This document shows positions 19,991 to 30,130 of a stretch of 64,000 nucleotides of DNA, piece after piece (the first letter of the stretch is position 1; every line of letters begins with the position of its first letter). The position numbers and the translations under genes are program-made. The notes beneath the pieces were generated by a model. It was not told where the DNA came from. It did not search any database and saw nothing but the letters and a program-made list of their open reading frames with translations. The stretch is from an uncultured Gammaproteobacteria bacterium. GTDB lineage: Bacteria > Patescibacteriota > Microgenomatia > UBA8517. The stretch spans positions 135,883-199,882 of the forward strand of contig CAZRGC010000002.1 in assembly GCA_964599625.1 (NCBI GenBank), read 5' to 3'.

Positions 19991-20578
19991 ATGAATATAA
20001 GAGACGCCAAAGAAAGTGATTTAAGTCAGCTCCAGGATCTTCACACGAAATTGCAATTGGATTTGTCCAAACTGGGAGAAACGACGTACGACACAGAAGT
20101 TCAAAAGAAGGGTTTTATGTTGGGAACAGACGGTGTACATGACATGACAGAGGAGCTTTCGAAAGCTTATAAGTTCCTGGTGGCGGAGGATAACGGAATA
20201 ATTCTTGGGTTTTTGATAGCGGATCATCGCAATGAACAAAAATTTTATGACGATGAATACAAAACCTGGTTTGATACAAAACTTAAGGACTTCTATTACA
20301 CAAGTGACAAGGGAATGACAGTTGCCACAATTCTTGTGGACCCGGAAAGCACCAAAAAAGGAGTGGCAACAACACTTCTGGAAGAATTGGAGAAAGATTT
20401 GAAATCGAATGGTTTTGAATATCTTTTTTCAATAGTGGTTGTGGCACCTGTAACAAACACACCGTCAATCATCTGGCATACAAAACAAGGCTTCAAGCGC
20501 CTGGCAATGGGGCGTCCCAGAAGACTTTTTGAGTTGGATAATTTTGTAAGTGTATTGTTTTGCAAAAAAATAAGTTGA
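19991..20578 (+). CDS. GNAT acetyltransferase
   Basis: IRDAKESDL, VDP..KKGVATTLL, NTPSI.WH.K.GF. Confidence 0.85.
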   Translation: MNIRDAKESDLSQLQDLHTKLQLDLSKLGETTYDTEVQKKGFMLGTDGVHDMTEELSKAYKFLVAEDNGIILGFLIADHRNEQKFYDDEYKTWFDTKLKDFYYTSDKGMTVATILVDPESTKKGVATTLLEELEKDLKSNGFEYLFSIVVVAPVTNTPSIIWHTKQGFKRLAMGRPRRLFELDNFVSVLFCKKIS

Positions 20579-20609
20579 AAGGACTGTCGCCATAAAGTAG
20601 AATCACCCC

Positions 20610-22109
20610 ATGGCCTTTCGAAACAAAAAAGTAAAAGAAATTTTGGAATACTACAAGCTTCCTTGGGCACTTTCTTATGTATCAGGAGTTGCTCATTGGG
20701 ATCTCGAGACTTACATGCCGGCCAAAGGTGCATCCTACCGGGGTGAGGCTCTGGCAAAAATTTCATCACTAAGGCAAAAAATATTTTTGGATAAAAAGTT
20801 TACTTCGCTAATCCATTCGGCTGCCAAAGAAAAAGGACTGAATGATGCAGAAAAGGGTGTTGTCCGTATACTTCTCAGGGCACTCCATGACTACGAAAAA
20901 TTACCTTCGGAGTTTATAGAGTCTTTTGAAAAGTTAACCAACGAAGCAACTGTTGTTTGGAGGAGTGCCAAAGAAAAGAGTGACTTCAAACTCTTTGAGC
21001 CATATCTCAAAAAGATATTTGATATGAACCGTAAGTCAGCAGATTATCTGGGGTACAAAGATTCTCCGTACGATGCGCTTTTGAATGAATTCGAAGAAGG
21101 ATTAACAAGTGGGGAAGTAAATAGTTTCTTTGAAACAATAAAAACACCCCTGGCCTTGCTTTTGAAGAACATCCAAAAATCAAAAAACTACAACAAAAAC
21201 CATTTTTTGGAGAGGCAGGCATATAACAAAGAAAAGCTAGAAAAATTAAATACCAAAATACTAAAGCTTTTCTGGGAAGATTTTGGCCGATTCAGACTCG
21301 ATGTATCAAGTCATCCTTTTACCACCTCCTTTTCGGGCAACGATACCCGTATAACTACATGGTACCACAAGGAAGACTTTGCCAGGAGTTTGTTGGCAAC
21401 TGTTCATGAATTCGGGCATGCCCTGTATGACCTTCAAAGCGATCCCGATTTGGAAATGACACCCATTGCCGGCGGAAGCTCTTTGGTGATTCACGAAAGC
21501 CAAAGCAGGTTTTGGGAAAACTTTGTAGGCAGAAGTGAAAGTTTTATTAAATATTTCAAAAAAGATTTTGAGGATGCAGTCGGTAAAAAGTTGGAAGTTG
21601 ATGATATAAGCCGTTATTTCAACAAAGTTTCTCCAAGTATGCTTAGGGTTGAGGCTGACGAGGTTACATATCACTTCCACATAATGCTTAGGTTTGAAAT
21701 AGAAAAGGGAATGATTGAAGGAAGATTCAAGATTAAGGATTTAAGAGAGATCTGGAATGCAAAGATGAAAGAATATCTTGGAGTTACTCCAAGAAGTGAT
21801 TCAGAAGGAGTTTTGCAAGATATTCATTGGAGCGGTGGGGCAGTGGGGTATTTCCCAACATATTCACTTGGAACATTTTTGGGCGCCCAGTGGGAGGAAA
21901 AAATGGGGAAAGTTATAACAGGCAAAAACCTTGGTAAAGATGTAGAAAAAATTAAAGCCTGGTTGGGGGAGAATATACACCAATACGGTTCCACATATAC
22001 ACTTTCTGAGCTTCTCAAAAAGAACAAAATGGAATTTGATCCAATGGTTAACCTTAAATATTTGGAGGAAAAATACTCAAGAATATACGGCTTCAAAAAT
22101 TCTCAGTGA
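20610..22109 (+). CDS. M32 carboxypeptidase (Taq type)
   Basis: HPF, HEFGH, HESQ, RVEADE, QDIHW, GYFPTY. Confidence 0.96.
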   Translation: MAFRNKKVKEILEYYKLPWALSYVSGVAHWDLETYMPAKGASYRGEALAKISSLRQKIFLDKKFTSLIHSAAKEKGLNDAEKGVVRILLRALHDYEKLPSEFIESFEKLTNEATVVWRSAKEKSDFKLFEPYLKKIFDMNRKSADYLGYKDSPYDALLNEFEEGLTSGEVNSFFETIKTPLALLLKNIQKSKNYNKNHFLERQAYNKEKLEKLNTKILKLFWEDFGRFRLDVSSHPFTTSFSGNDTRITTWYHKEDFARSLLATVHEFGHALYDLQSDPDLEMTPIAGGSSLVIHESQSRFWENFVGRSESFIKYFKKDFEDAVGKKLEVDDISRYFNKVSPSMLRVEADEVTYHFHIMLRFEIEKGMIEGRFKIKDLREIWNAKMKEYLGVTPRSDSEGVLQDIHWSGGAVGYFPTYSLGTFLGAQWEEKMGKVITGKNLGKDVEKIKAWLGENIHQYGSTYTLSELLKKNKMEFDPMVNLKYLEEKYSRIYGFKNSQ

Positions 22110-22146
22110 GGTATAAATTTTTTGGCTTTACACCTCACTGATTTTG

Positions 22147-22302
22147 CTAACCGCGTCTTCCTCCGCCGGATTTTATGATGCTCCAAAGTACAAGCCCAAT
22201 GGGAACAAGTATCCAGGCACCGTTCAAGTTAAATACTGGCATCAGAAAGAAAAACAGGGCTGCGATGATCAAGAGAGTCATGCTATCAAGCTTGATTTTC
22301 AC
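22147..22302 (-). CDS. small 2-TM protein, 51 aa (below the ORF-track cutoff)
   Basis: GGAGG then GTG: MKIKLDSMTLLIIAALFFFLMPVFNLNGAWILVPIGLVLWSIIKSGGGRRG*; hairpin downstream. Confidence 0.65.
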   Translation of the reverse strand: MKIKLDSMTLLIIAALFFFLMPVFNLNGAWILVPIGLVLWSIIKSGGGRRG

Positions 22303-22335
22303 TTATGCCTCCGTACCTTTTCCGGTTGAATTATA

Positions 22336-23148
22336 TCAGGAGTTTTTGAAGACTTCCCATTTTGCCTTAAATGCCTCAGTGAGAGCCGGGTGGTTTATCT
22401 CTTTTCCTTTCCACTCTGTATGTGTCATAAGCCATGGTTCGGAAAACTCTAACATTTTATCAATCAAGGGAGCGGAACACCTAAATAGCTCACCAATTGA
22501 GTCCGGAAACTTGGGAGCATAAACATCCAGAACTTTAGCCAGGTCGATTACAAGCACACGCCCGACAAGCGCAAGTTCCATTTCGGGATTTAACCCCGGT
22601 AAGCCTTGTGCTTCCAGTTTTCTTTGGTTTTGGAACACTTTCATGGCTGTGATAACGTATTCTGATTTTTCGATTGCTTTAAATGCGAAGTGAAGTTCGG
22701 GGTCTTTGCCGTTTATTACCTGATCATATCCATACCTTAATTTTTCTTTAAGGCTATCTTTCAAATTTAGCGACTTTATAACCCTTTTTGCCATTCGGGA
22801 CTCTGCTTTTTCGTCTTCTTCTGTTTTAACTTGTGCTGAAACATCTCCAACACCTTTGCCGTTTAATTTTGCTTCCCCTGTGTCGTGTGGACCAACTCCG
22901 TACAAGAAAGTCTGCCATTTATCCGGTGTAAATCTTGAAGCTTCCTTTCTGGCAAACCATTTTCCTATTCCGTAAAAGAGAACACTGTGGGTGAATACCT
23001 GTCCGGTTGCGCCAAAAACGCGTCTCCATGTTTCGTTATCTTCATCTGTTCTGAAGTGAGATTCCCAGCGGTAAGTGGTTAGAAGTGATTGTCCTGCCTC
23101 ACTAGTTTTTAGTGCGTTTGCAAATTCGGGAAAATATTCCTTACTCAT
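22336..23148 (-). CDS. HD-domain hydrolase (YfbR-like)
   Basis: VFTHS..PHDTGEA..GDVSAQVK. Confidence 0.7.
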   Translation of the reverse strand: MSKEYFPEFANALKTSEAGQSLLTTYRWESHFRTDEDNETWRRVFGATGQVFTHSVLFYGIGKWFARKEASRFTPDKWQTFLYGVGPHDTGEAKLNGKGVGDVSAQVKTEEDEKAESRMAKRVIKSLNLKDSLKEKLRYGYDQVINGKDPELHFAFKAIEKSEYVITAMKVFQNQRKLEAQGLPGLNPEMELALVGRVLVIDLAKVLDVYAPKFPDSIGELFRCSAPLIDKMLEFSEPWLMTHTEWKGKEINHPALTEAFKAKWEVFKNS

Positions 23149-23264
23149 TGGTGCTAATTTAATATCATTAGGGTAAGTGGAGAGTCAATAGGAAAAAAAG
23201 AACACAGGCGGTTAAGGATGAAATTTGAAAATTCCATAACCGGCCTGTGTTGGTAAATGCAATA

Positions 23265-23420
23265 TCAGTCGCGGCTGAAAACGATTGTGATCAGTCCGCC
23301 GGCAAGTGCCAGAAAGCCCAGCCACTTGAGGAGAGCTATGCTTGTGAATGCAAGCGCAGCCACTCCGGCCAAAATGAATATAACGCCAAAAAGGCGTTTC
23401 CAGAACACGTTAATCGACAT
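23265..23420 (-). CDS. small 2-TM protein
   Basis: MSINVFWKRLFG..; overlaps the upstream stop. Confidence 0.6.
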   Translation of the reverse strand: MSINVFWKRLFGVIFILAGVAALAFTSIALLKWLGFLALAGGLITIVFSRD

Positions 23421-23673
23421 GAGTCGGATTCTCCAGAGCGTTGGTGGATGTCGCCAGAATTCCGGCATCGGTGATCCATTCGCCGTGACGTTCGCTTTTG
23501 ATCATACCCTTGGTAACCAGTTCGAGATAAGCGGCGTAGTTGTCGCGCTCAGCCTCGACTTCGCGGCTACCCATCGGAAACACTGTTACGATGTTTTTGG
23601 GTTGACTCTCGGTGGTTTCAAACAGGAATTCCAGCATGGCTTGCTGAATATCGTTGGGAAGGAAATCGGCCAT
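23410..23673 (-). CDS. small hypothetical protein
   Basis: GGAGG SD before ATG; possibly winged-helix-like. Confidence 0.65.
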   Translation of the reverse strand: MADFLPNDIQQAMLEFLFETTESQPKNIVTVFPMGSREVEAERDNYAAYLELVTKGMIKSERHGEWITDAGILATSTNALENPTHVD

Positions 23674-23865
23674 TTTAGCCTCCGTTATTGATAAATATGT
23701 GCAAATTACAACCTATATTATATCAGAATTCCTAAGTAACTGTTTTTATCTCAAACTAAGACTTGACATGTATGTACCCCTTTGTTATCTTGTGATTAAG
23801 TTAGATAGCACTTAGGCAGGGGACAGTATCAAAGTAGTATTAAGTATTTTAAAAAGTATTAACAA

Positions 23866-24084
23866 ATGAACGACGAACCAAAAAAGAAAGTAAAACTAGA
23901 TTCACTTCCTGATCTTCTTACGGTTCGTGAAGTTGCAGACGTATTAAGAGTTTCTCCGTTAACAATCAAAAGGTGGGGCAAAAGGGGTAAACTTCCGGCA
24001 ATAAGAATTAACTCCAGAGGTGACCGTCGCTACAAAAAGGAAGCAGTTCTTTGGCTTCTGGGAATGCAGGGTAACACTGGTTAA
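23866..24084 (+). CDS. HTH_17/BldC-like (excisionase/MerR-type) DNA-binding protein
   Basis: LLTVREVADVLRVSPLTIKRW..GKL....GDRRY. Confidence 0.9.
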   Translation: MNDEPKKKVKLDSLPDLLTVREVADVLRVSPLTIKRWGKRGKLPAIRINSRGDRRYKKEAVLWLLGMQGNTG

Positions 24085-24995
24085 GCTTCTGAAGATTCGG
24101 TGGCAAGTCCCCAGTTATTTTTCATTTCCGTGTCCATATTCTCAAATGCATTATCAGGGATTTTTTCCCAATCCAGCTTTACAGGGATTTGATTTTGCGC
24201 AAGATCCAGTCCTTGCATTTCGTCTGTGCGTATAGGGACTATACTTCCAGATGCGGGATACATTTTGAATTTGGAAAAGTCCTGAGTGTCCCATCCAAAA
24301 CTAACATAAAATATTCCTTTCTCTTTTTGGATAATTGAACCACCCAAAAAGTAATCAACACCAGGCTTTATTCCATAACTATTTTTGGCTTCAACTTTAT
24401 AAACAGACTTCCACCTATCAACTGCCAAGATCCGGTTAAGTTTTCTGAATTTTAGTTCCTCGGTGCGGTAGTTGGGATATCCTTCTTCGCCGATGGTAAC
24501 AAACATTGCGGCAAGAGGGTTGGGATTTTCCATATCAAGGTTGCCTGCGAGTTTGGGCGGGGGTGGGGAATAAATGCCTCCAAATTCGGGTTGAGGTTTT
24601 TCGTCTGGTGACATGCCTTTTGCCCTCATTTCTTCGTTTTTGATCTCCTCCAGAACTTCCATATAAGCACCCATGTAGTCGGTGGCGGTTGGTTTCGGTA
24701 GTGAAGATGTGCCTGTTGCCATGAAATTGCCGGTGCTGTTTTGATTGCTTTTATAAAACAAACCTTGTTTTTGGGGTTTGGGGGAGCTGTTTGTACCGTG
24801 AATGCTATCGGCCAAGCTTCCAGTGTCGGGTATCAAACCGCGTTCTTTCTTGACAGCATTCAGATGGAATTGTTTTTGTCTTTCGCGAGAAGCTGCGTCT
24901 CGTTTGCAGTAACCTCGGCTAACATCAACAGTAGTTCTGAACTCCGCCTCCTCCTCGGGTGATCTTTGTTTTTTGAACCTTTCCAGAATTGACAT
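24081..24995 (-). CDS. hypothetical protein
   Basis: long ORF, start trimmed to MSILER. Confidence 0.7.
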   Translation of the reverse strand: MSILERFKKQRSPEEEAEFRTTVDVSRGYCKRDAASRERQKQFHLNAVKKERGLIPDTGSLADSIHGTNSSPKPQKQGLFYKSNQNSTGNFMATGTSSLPKPTATDYMGAYMEVLEEIKNEEMRAKGMSPDEKPQPEFGGIYSPPPPKLAGNLDMENPNPLAAMFVTIGEEGYPNYRTEELKFRKLNRILAVDRWKSVYKVEAKNSYGIKPGVDYFLGGSIIQKEKGIFYVSFGWDTQDFSKFKMYPASGSIVPIRTDEMQGLDLAQNQIPVKLDWEKIPDNAFENMDTEMKNNWGLATESSEA

Positions 24996-25050
24996 CCTGT
25001 AATAATACTCCTGAGCCTCGAATTTGGCAAATTTGGTGTATAATCCCGAC

Positions 25051-25596
25051 ATGAACATGGAATTTTTGAGAGGCTTGGAAACCTGTCCCGAGCACGACAT
25101 TGTGGGTGAGTATGTTGCCCGCGGTAACGACTCGCGGGTTATCAGGGTAGCTGGCAAAATCCACAAAATTTACGACCAGGACCATCTACGCTTTATGGTG
25201 GGAAAAGAGAATGTTGCTTCACACGTCTCTTTGTATATGGGTATTCAAAATGCCGCCTCAATGCTTGCTGAAGCTGAAAAGTGGGAAATGTCACTGCCTA
25301 ATCTGAAAAAGCACCATCCCATGCGTGTTTTGAAATTTGATGAGGGGCACTTATGCAATGATTGTGGTGTTGTAACTGGTGTCCAGGCGGAAATAACCGG
25401 GCCGAATTTGGAGGATGACCCCAGGTTTCCCGACAAAGAAAGTCTGCAAAAAACATTAGAGGTCACTAGTGAGTGGATAGCTATGCGTATTCGGGTTTCA
25501 GGAATTTATTTATCAGTTAACAATATAAAGTTCCAAAACGACATAATGATGATTACCGACTTGGCATCTGTTGTAGGTGCGGTAAAACTTCAATAA
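25051..25596 (+). CDS. divergent protein-kinase-like protein
   Basis: RGNDSRV, HKIY, EITGPNL, NNIK..ITDL. Confidence 0.5.
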   Translation: MNMEFLRGLETCPEHDIVGEYVARGNDSRVIRVAGKIHKIYDQDHLRFMVGKENVASHVSLYMGIQNAASMLAEAEKWEMSLPNLKKHHPMRVLKFDEGHLCNDCGVVTGVQAEITGPNLEDDPRFPDKESLQKTLEVTSEWIAMRIRVSGIYLSVNNIKFQNDIMMITDLASVVGAVKLQ

Positions 25597-25605
25597 AATT
25601 GAATT

Positions 25606-26307
25606 ATGGAAGGACAAAAAACCAGGATAGAAAAAAGAAGCGAATACGGAACAAGAGCTTATGCCTATAAAGTCTTAGAAAAAGTTAGATATAACGGAGA
25701 GCCTGTTGTCCCTGCAATTATCAAACAGTATACAGATGCTCGAGGGGAAATAACCGAGGTGGAAGAAATCGAAGGCAGAGAGCTTAAATACTTTTTAGCT
25801 GATCAAAAGCCGTCAACCACAGAGAAGCTTGAAGTGTTGGATGATATCGTGGGACAGTTGCAGGCAATTGACAAAGCGGGATTTGTGATTTTTGACAGAG
25901 TGCCAAGTATGGGAAACATAATGGTTACTCGCTGGGGCAAAAAAGGTATTTCTACAAGACAGATCGACATCGAATACATATATGTAAAAGCAGCTGGTGC
26001 AATGTATACGGATAAGCCCAACTCTGCAGTTGTTGGTAAATCGGATGCTTGCAAAAGGCTTAGAATTAACCAGTGGAGCGAAGAAGTTTTTGACTTTGCC
26101 CAGCTTATCAAGGCAAGTTTCGACGACGATCCTTATATTGCCAAAGTTGTTATGTCTGATGAGTTTATGAATAAATATAGGAAGATGTCACTTTATGGTT
26201 ATAATACAGATTTGTCCCAAAATGAATTTAACACAAAAAACGTTCTTGCCATACTCCGTGGTGATATACAAATGCTTATTAAGGAAGCCAAAACTAATCA
26301 AGCTTAA
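25606..26307 (+). CDS. divergent kinase-like protein (RIO/Bud32/Kdo-like)
   Basis: VPAII, EEIEGREL, IDKAGFVIFD..GNIMV..QIDIE. Confidence 0.6.
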   Translation: MEGQKTRIEKRSEYGTRAYAYKVLEKVRYNGEPVVPAIIKQYTDARGEITEVEEIEGRELKYFLADQKPSTTEKLEVLDDIVGQLQAIDKAGFVIFDRVPSMGNIMVTRWGKKGISTRQIDIEYIYVKAAGAMYTDKPNSAVVGKSDACKRLRINQWSEEVFDFAQLIKASFDDDPYIAKVVMSDEFMNKYRKMSLYGYNTDLSQNEFNTKNVLAILRGDIQMLIKEAKTNQA

Positions 26308-28024
26308 TCTGTAAATTCCAGAAGTGGGAATATAACCCCTTTTTGTCTTTTAGGAGTTCTTCGTGGGTTCCTGATTCTTTTATTTTTCCGTTTTCCATAA
26401 CCACAATTTTGTCTGCGCGCATTACTGTAGACAAACGGTGGGCAATAATGATTGTTGTTTTGCCGCGCCTTGCTTTCCAAAAAGCATCTTGGATAAGCTT
26501 TTCACTTTCACTGTCCAGATGGCTTGTGGCCTCATCAAAAACCACAATATCAGGGTTTTTGAGAATCATTCTAGCAATGGCCAGTCTTTGTTTTTGTCCT
26601 CCGGAGAGTTTGACCCCGCGTTCACCGACTTCTGTTTCGTATTTTTCGGGAAGAGCTTCTATAAACTTATCAATATTGGCAATTTTGGCGGCATCCTTGA
26701 TTTCTTTTGCGGTTGCATTATCTTTGCCGTAGGCAATATTGTAGGCAATAGTATTATTGAAAAGTATTGGCTCTTGGGGGACAACTCCAATGAAACTTCT
26801 TAGCCTGCTTTTTGTAAAGTCTTTAATATTGTATCCGTCAATCAGGATACGGCCGCCAGTGAGGTCGTAAAACCTCATCAGGAGTTTGGCCAAAGTAGTT
26901 TTGCCGCTGCCGCTTCTGCCGACAAGCGCAATGGATTGTCCTTTTTCTATCTTTAGATCCATGCCGTTAATTGCGTTTTTGTTTCTGTTTTTGTATTTAA
27001 AATTGACGTTTTCAAAACTGAGAACACCTTGGACCTTTTTAACATTCAGTGGGGAATCTGGATCTTTTACTTCTATTTCGTAGTCCAAAAGCTCCAAATA
27101 CTTTTTCAAGTCTGCATAACTTACGGATATATCTTTGATTCCATAAATAAGATCAAAGAGTCTTGGGAAAAATACGTTAACGTATCCCACAACAAGAACA
27201 AAGTCCCCAACGCTTATCTGTGTTTTGGAAAGCAGATTGGTTGCAAATATCAAGACAAGAAGAATCGATAAATTAATGAGTGACCCCACACTCATATCGA
27301 TCACGCGGTAAGTGATAAAGTGTTTCCAAAGATACTTTTTCCAGTCCACAAAAGTACTTTTTAGCCTGCTTTGTTCCCATTCTTCCCGGGCAAAAAGTTT
27401 GACAGTCTCAAAGTTTATTAAGTTATCGGTAAGAATCCCTGACACTTTATCCTCCCAGTCGTTGAACACTTCGCGGGTTTTGATGTTTTGTCCTGCCAAA
27501 TACTTTGTGGCAATAAGTGTGAGAATCATGGAAACAATAAATATTGCTATGAACCTTGGGTCGATTTTTACAAAAAAGTATCCCATTACAATGAAGCCGA
27601 TAAATATCTGCCACATGTTGTGGTTTATTTTGTCGTATATATGCCAAAAAGCATTGTCTCCGCGCTTAAAGGCGGAAATCAAAGAACCTGTGCTTTTGCC
27701 TGTATGGAATGTGAAGTCCAAATCCTGGACATAACGGAAAACTTTTGATCGGATGTCTATTGCCGTGTCTACAGCCACAATGTCCGCCGTAAACCACTTG
27801 AGGTTATAAAAAATTAGTCCTGCAAACTGAAATCCGGCAAACACCCAAATAAGGTAGGTTAGATGTGCTATGTCATTTTTTTGAATTGCCTCCACAAACA
27901 ACTTGAAAAAGTAAGGTGTAGCCAAGTCCAATGTAAAAGCCACAGTGGCAATGGACATACTGAGTAGGTACATCCATTTCTTTCTCCAAACAAAGCCAAA
28001 ATATCTTCTAAAAATCTGATACAT
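26294..28024 (-). CDS. ABC exporter, fused permease/ATPase (MsbA/Atm1-like)
   Basis: GRSGSGKT, LSGGQKQR, DEATS, IAHRLST. Confidence 0.95.
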   Translation of the reverse strand: MYQIFRRYFGFVWRKKWMYLLSMSIATVAFTLDLATPYFFKLFVEAIQKNDIAHLTYLIWVFAGFQFAGLIFYNLKWFTADIVAVDTAIDIRSKVFRYVQDLDFTFHTGKSTGSLISAFKRGDNAFWHIYDKINHNMWQIFIGFIVMGYFFVKIDPRFIAIFIVSMILTLIATKYLAGQNIKTREVFNDWEDKVSGILTDNLINFETVKLFAREEWEQSRLKSTFVDWKKYLWKHFITYRVIDMSVGSLINLSILLVLIFATNLLSKTQISVGDFVLVVGYVNVFFPRLFDLIYGIKDISVSYADLKKYLELLDYEIEVKDPDSPLNVKKVQGVLSFENVNFKYKNRNKNAINGMDLKIEKGQSIALVGRSGSGKTTLAKLLMRFYDLTGGRILIDGYNIKDFTKSRLRSFIGVVPQEPILFNNTIAYNIAYGKDNATAKEIKDAAKIANIDKFIEALPEKYETEVGERGVKLSGGQKQRLAIARMILKNPDIVVFDEATSHLDSESEKLIQDAFWKARRGKTTIIIAHRLSTVMRADKIVVMENGKIKESGTHEELLKDKKGLYSHFWNLQIKLD

Positions 28025-28091
28025 ATTTTTTGGGAACGCAAAAAGCCCCTTTCGGGGAGTCTTGTGGCGCTGGACTTTTATAGTAGCAGAA

Positions 28092-28161
28092 TTTTTTTCC
28101 AAAAAAAAGCCCCCTCGTGCAAACGATCCTTTCGCAAGTTGCGAAAAAATCTCCGAGGGGG
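28092..28161. repeat. 70-bp exact direct repeat, copy 1 (branched hairpin + minus-strand U tract)
   Basis: identical to 29681-29750. Confidence 0.92.
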
Positions 28162-28180
28162 GAGAGAAAACTCTCTGAAT

Positions 28181-29131
28181 CTATCCGCGGTAGCGGATTG
28201 TCACTGTGGCGTTTGAGCCTTTGTCGATTGAAGGTTGGTTGACAACCCGGTTGACAACGACGTGTGCATTGCTGGAAAGTTCCAGATCTGCATCGGTAGC
28301 CGTTCCTTCAAATGTGACAGTTGCGTTACTTGCAGCGTCAACCACAAGTTTGGCTACCTCACCGGAACCTATGACAGCATGGCTATTGCTGGCAATATCA
28401 AGATTGAGCGTTCGGCCCATTGCTCGCTTGACACCAAATGTGGTGCCTGAAGCATTGTCTGCAACCGCGTTGAAGGCAGTCCCGCCAAAGTCAAACAGTG
28501 AGTTTGAAGCCTGTTCCACATCAAGCGATGTTGCAATTCCTTCGCCGATTGTCAGTGTTCCGTTGGAACCAATCTTGGCTTTAACCGCTCCATTAACTCG
28601 CTTCACATTAACTTTGGAGTTGGAGGGCACGGATACCTCAAGTGCAGTCACCTGACCGATGTTGGTGATCTCGCCCTTGGCCTTCATGCTTAGTGCGCAT
28701 TCAACATCTTCGACATTTACTTCGCCGCTTACGCTTCCAATTTCCAGACTCAGGCTTTTGGGAACGTAAACAGTGACACTGATGGGATCAACCTTTTGGC
28801 TTATCGAAATGGCCGAAAAGTTTCCACCGCCACTTAAGCTGAGTATGGTTGAATCAGTGACACCGCCTTCGATAATGAGCGTTGACGAGGCTTTGCCGTT
28901 TTCATCCTCACTCTGCAGGTTTATGACCGTTTGTTTCTTTTGCGGCCCGCCTGAAATGTGGAGTTTGGCTTCGCGTATGCCTGCGACAACACCCGAGATC
29001 GCTTCTTTATTGCCTTCAATTTCTACAACGATCTCGCGACCGATGATTGGTTTGATGGTAAGATTCCCGACCAAGTCGGTGACAACGACAGGCACAAGTG
29101 TGAACTTTTTGCTGATTTTGTCAGAGGCCAT
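28181..29131 (-). CDS. beta-solenoid protein (DUF2807/DUF4097-like)
   Basis: repeating xASNS/xSNA beta units; GGAGG SD. Confidence 0.75.
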   Translation of the reverse strand: MASDKISKKFTLVPVVVTDLVGNLTIKPIIGREIVVEIEGNKEAISGVVAGIREAKLHISGGPQKKQTVINLQSEDENGKASSTLIIEGGVTDSTILSLSGGGNFSAISISQKVDPISVTVYVPKSLSLEIGSVSGEVNVEDVECALSMKAKGEITNIGQVTALEVSVPSNSKVNVKRVNGAVKAKIGSNGTLTIGEGIATSLDVEQASNSLFDFGGTAFNAVADNASGTTFGVKRAMGRTLNLDIASNSHAVIGSGEVAKLVVDAASNATVTFEGTATDADLELSSNAHVVVNRVVNQPSIDKGSNATVTIRYRG

Positions 29132-29305
29132 ATGGGCCCTCCATTCATTAAGATTCAGAATAATTGAAAGTGCTAACTCGAAGTCAAGATTATATCACTT
29201 CAAGCTCAAAAATCAACACTACAGGACATAATATATTTGATTAATAGCTTGTTATTGGGTAAAATTCGCACAAGCAAGAAATATATTGCAGATAAGGAGT
29301 CTTTC

Positions 29306-29644
29306 ATGTCTCTGCGAGCGAAAGTTTTGCTTTTCCTTGCGGCACTTTTAGTGTTATTTGGTTGCTGTTTTTGCGCTTATATCGGTTTCCAATCCGAGGT
29401 TGCCTATATGGAAGCCAATACCAAAGCTTTTGTGGCTTGGGGATGGGAAAGGGAAGTGGTGACACTTTTGGTTCCAGGCGCACAAACGTTCAGTACTCAG
29501 GCCGAAGCACTGGAATATTTGTCGCAATTTGAGAACGACCAGTTTGCATACAAATGCAACGGCGATAGCCAAACCCGCGAAGTAACATATTCGGAACTTG
29601 TTTCTGATTATTGCGAAAAGGGCCTGGTTGCTGTTTACGAGTAG
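29306..29644 (+). CDS. small membrane-anchored protein
   Basis: AAGGAG SD; N-terminal TM with GCCFC; downstream hairpin. Confidence 0.7.
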   Translation: MSLRAKVLLFLAALLVLFGCCFCAYIGFQSEVAYMEANTKAFVAWGWEREVVTLLVPGAQTFSTQAEALEYLSQFENDQFAYKCNGDSQTREVTYSELVSDYCEKGLVAVYE

Positions 29645-29680
29645 GGTATGACCCGCAGGTTAAAAATACTTGCGGGTTAT

Positions 29681-29750
29681 TTTTTTTCCAAAAAAAAGCC
29701 CCCTCGTGCAAACGATCCTTTCGCAAGTTGCGAAAAAATCTCCGAGGGGG
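29681..29750. repeat. 70-bp exact direct repeat, copy 2
   Basis: identical to 28092-28161. Confidence 0.92.
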
Positions 29751-29755
29751 TGTGG

Positions 29756-29986
29756 TCAGCGACCAACACTTTTTTGATACCAAAGAAACACAAGCCAGCC
29801 TATAAAACTGAGCACAGCACTTGCTGCGATTGCCCAGTAGTTTCCGGGAAAGTGTTCGTAGGCTGCCCAGGCAATGCAAATAACTTGTGCGATTGGCCAG
29901 TTTTCTGCCCAATCTTCTTTAGCAATGGCAATGCCAAAGCTGCCCAAGAGTCCTGCTAAAAAAGAACCTATGACTAGTCCAGCCAT
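29756..29986 (-). CDS. small membrane protein
   Basis: GAGG SD; hydrophobic 76 aa. Confidence 0.6.
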   Translation of the reverse strand: MAGLVIGSFLAGLLGSFGIAIAKEDWAENWPIAQVICIAWAAYEHFPGNYWAIAASAVLSFIGWLVFLWYQKSVGR

Positions 29987-30130
29987 GCTAACCTCACAAA
30001 GCGAAATTTTTGAATTTGCTCCGCCGGTTACTTTTTAAATAACCGATGGAACGAATTCAAATTTATTTGTATCGGTACCGTCTACAAGTTCAAAAAATTG
30101 TAGACGGTACCATTGATACCTTACTTCAGA

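Noticed and set aside
23825-23860. AGTAT direct repeats as an autoregulatory site for the BldC-like gene
   Set aside because: Irregular spacing (11, 7, 12) in AT-rich DNA
23866-24084. Excisionase for the tRNA-Pro element
   Set aside because: 14 kb outside the element; more like a host HTH_17 regulator
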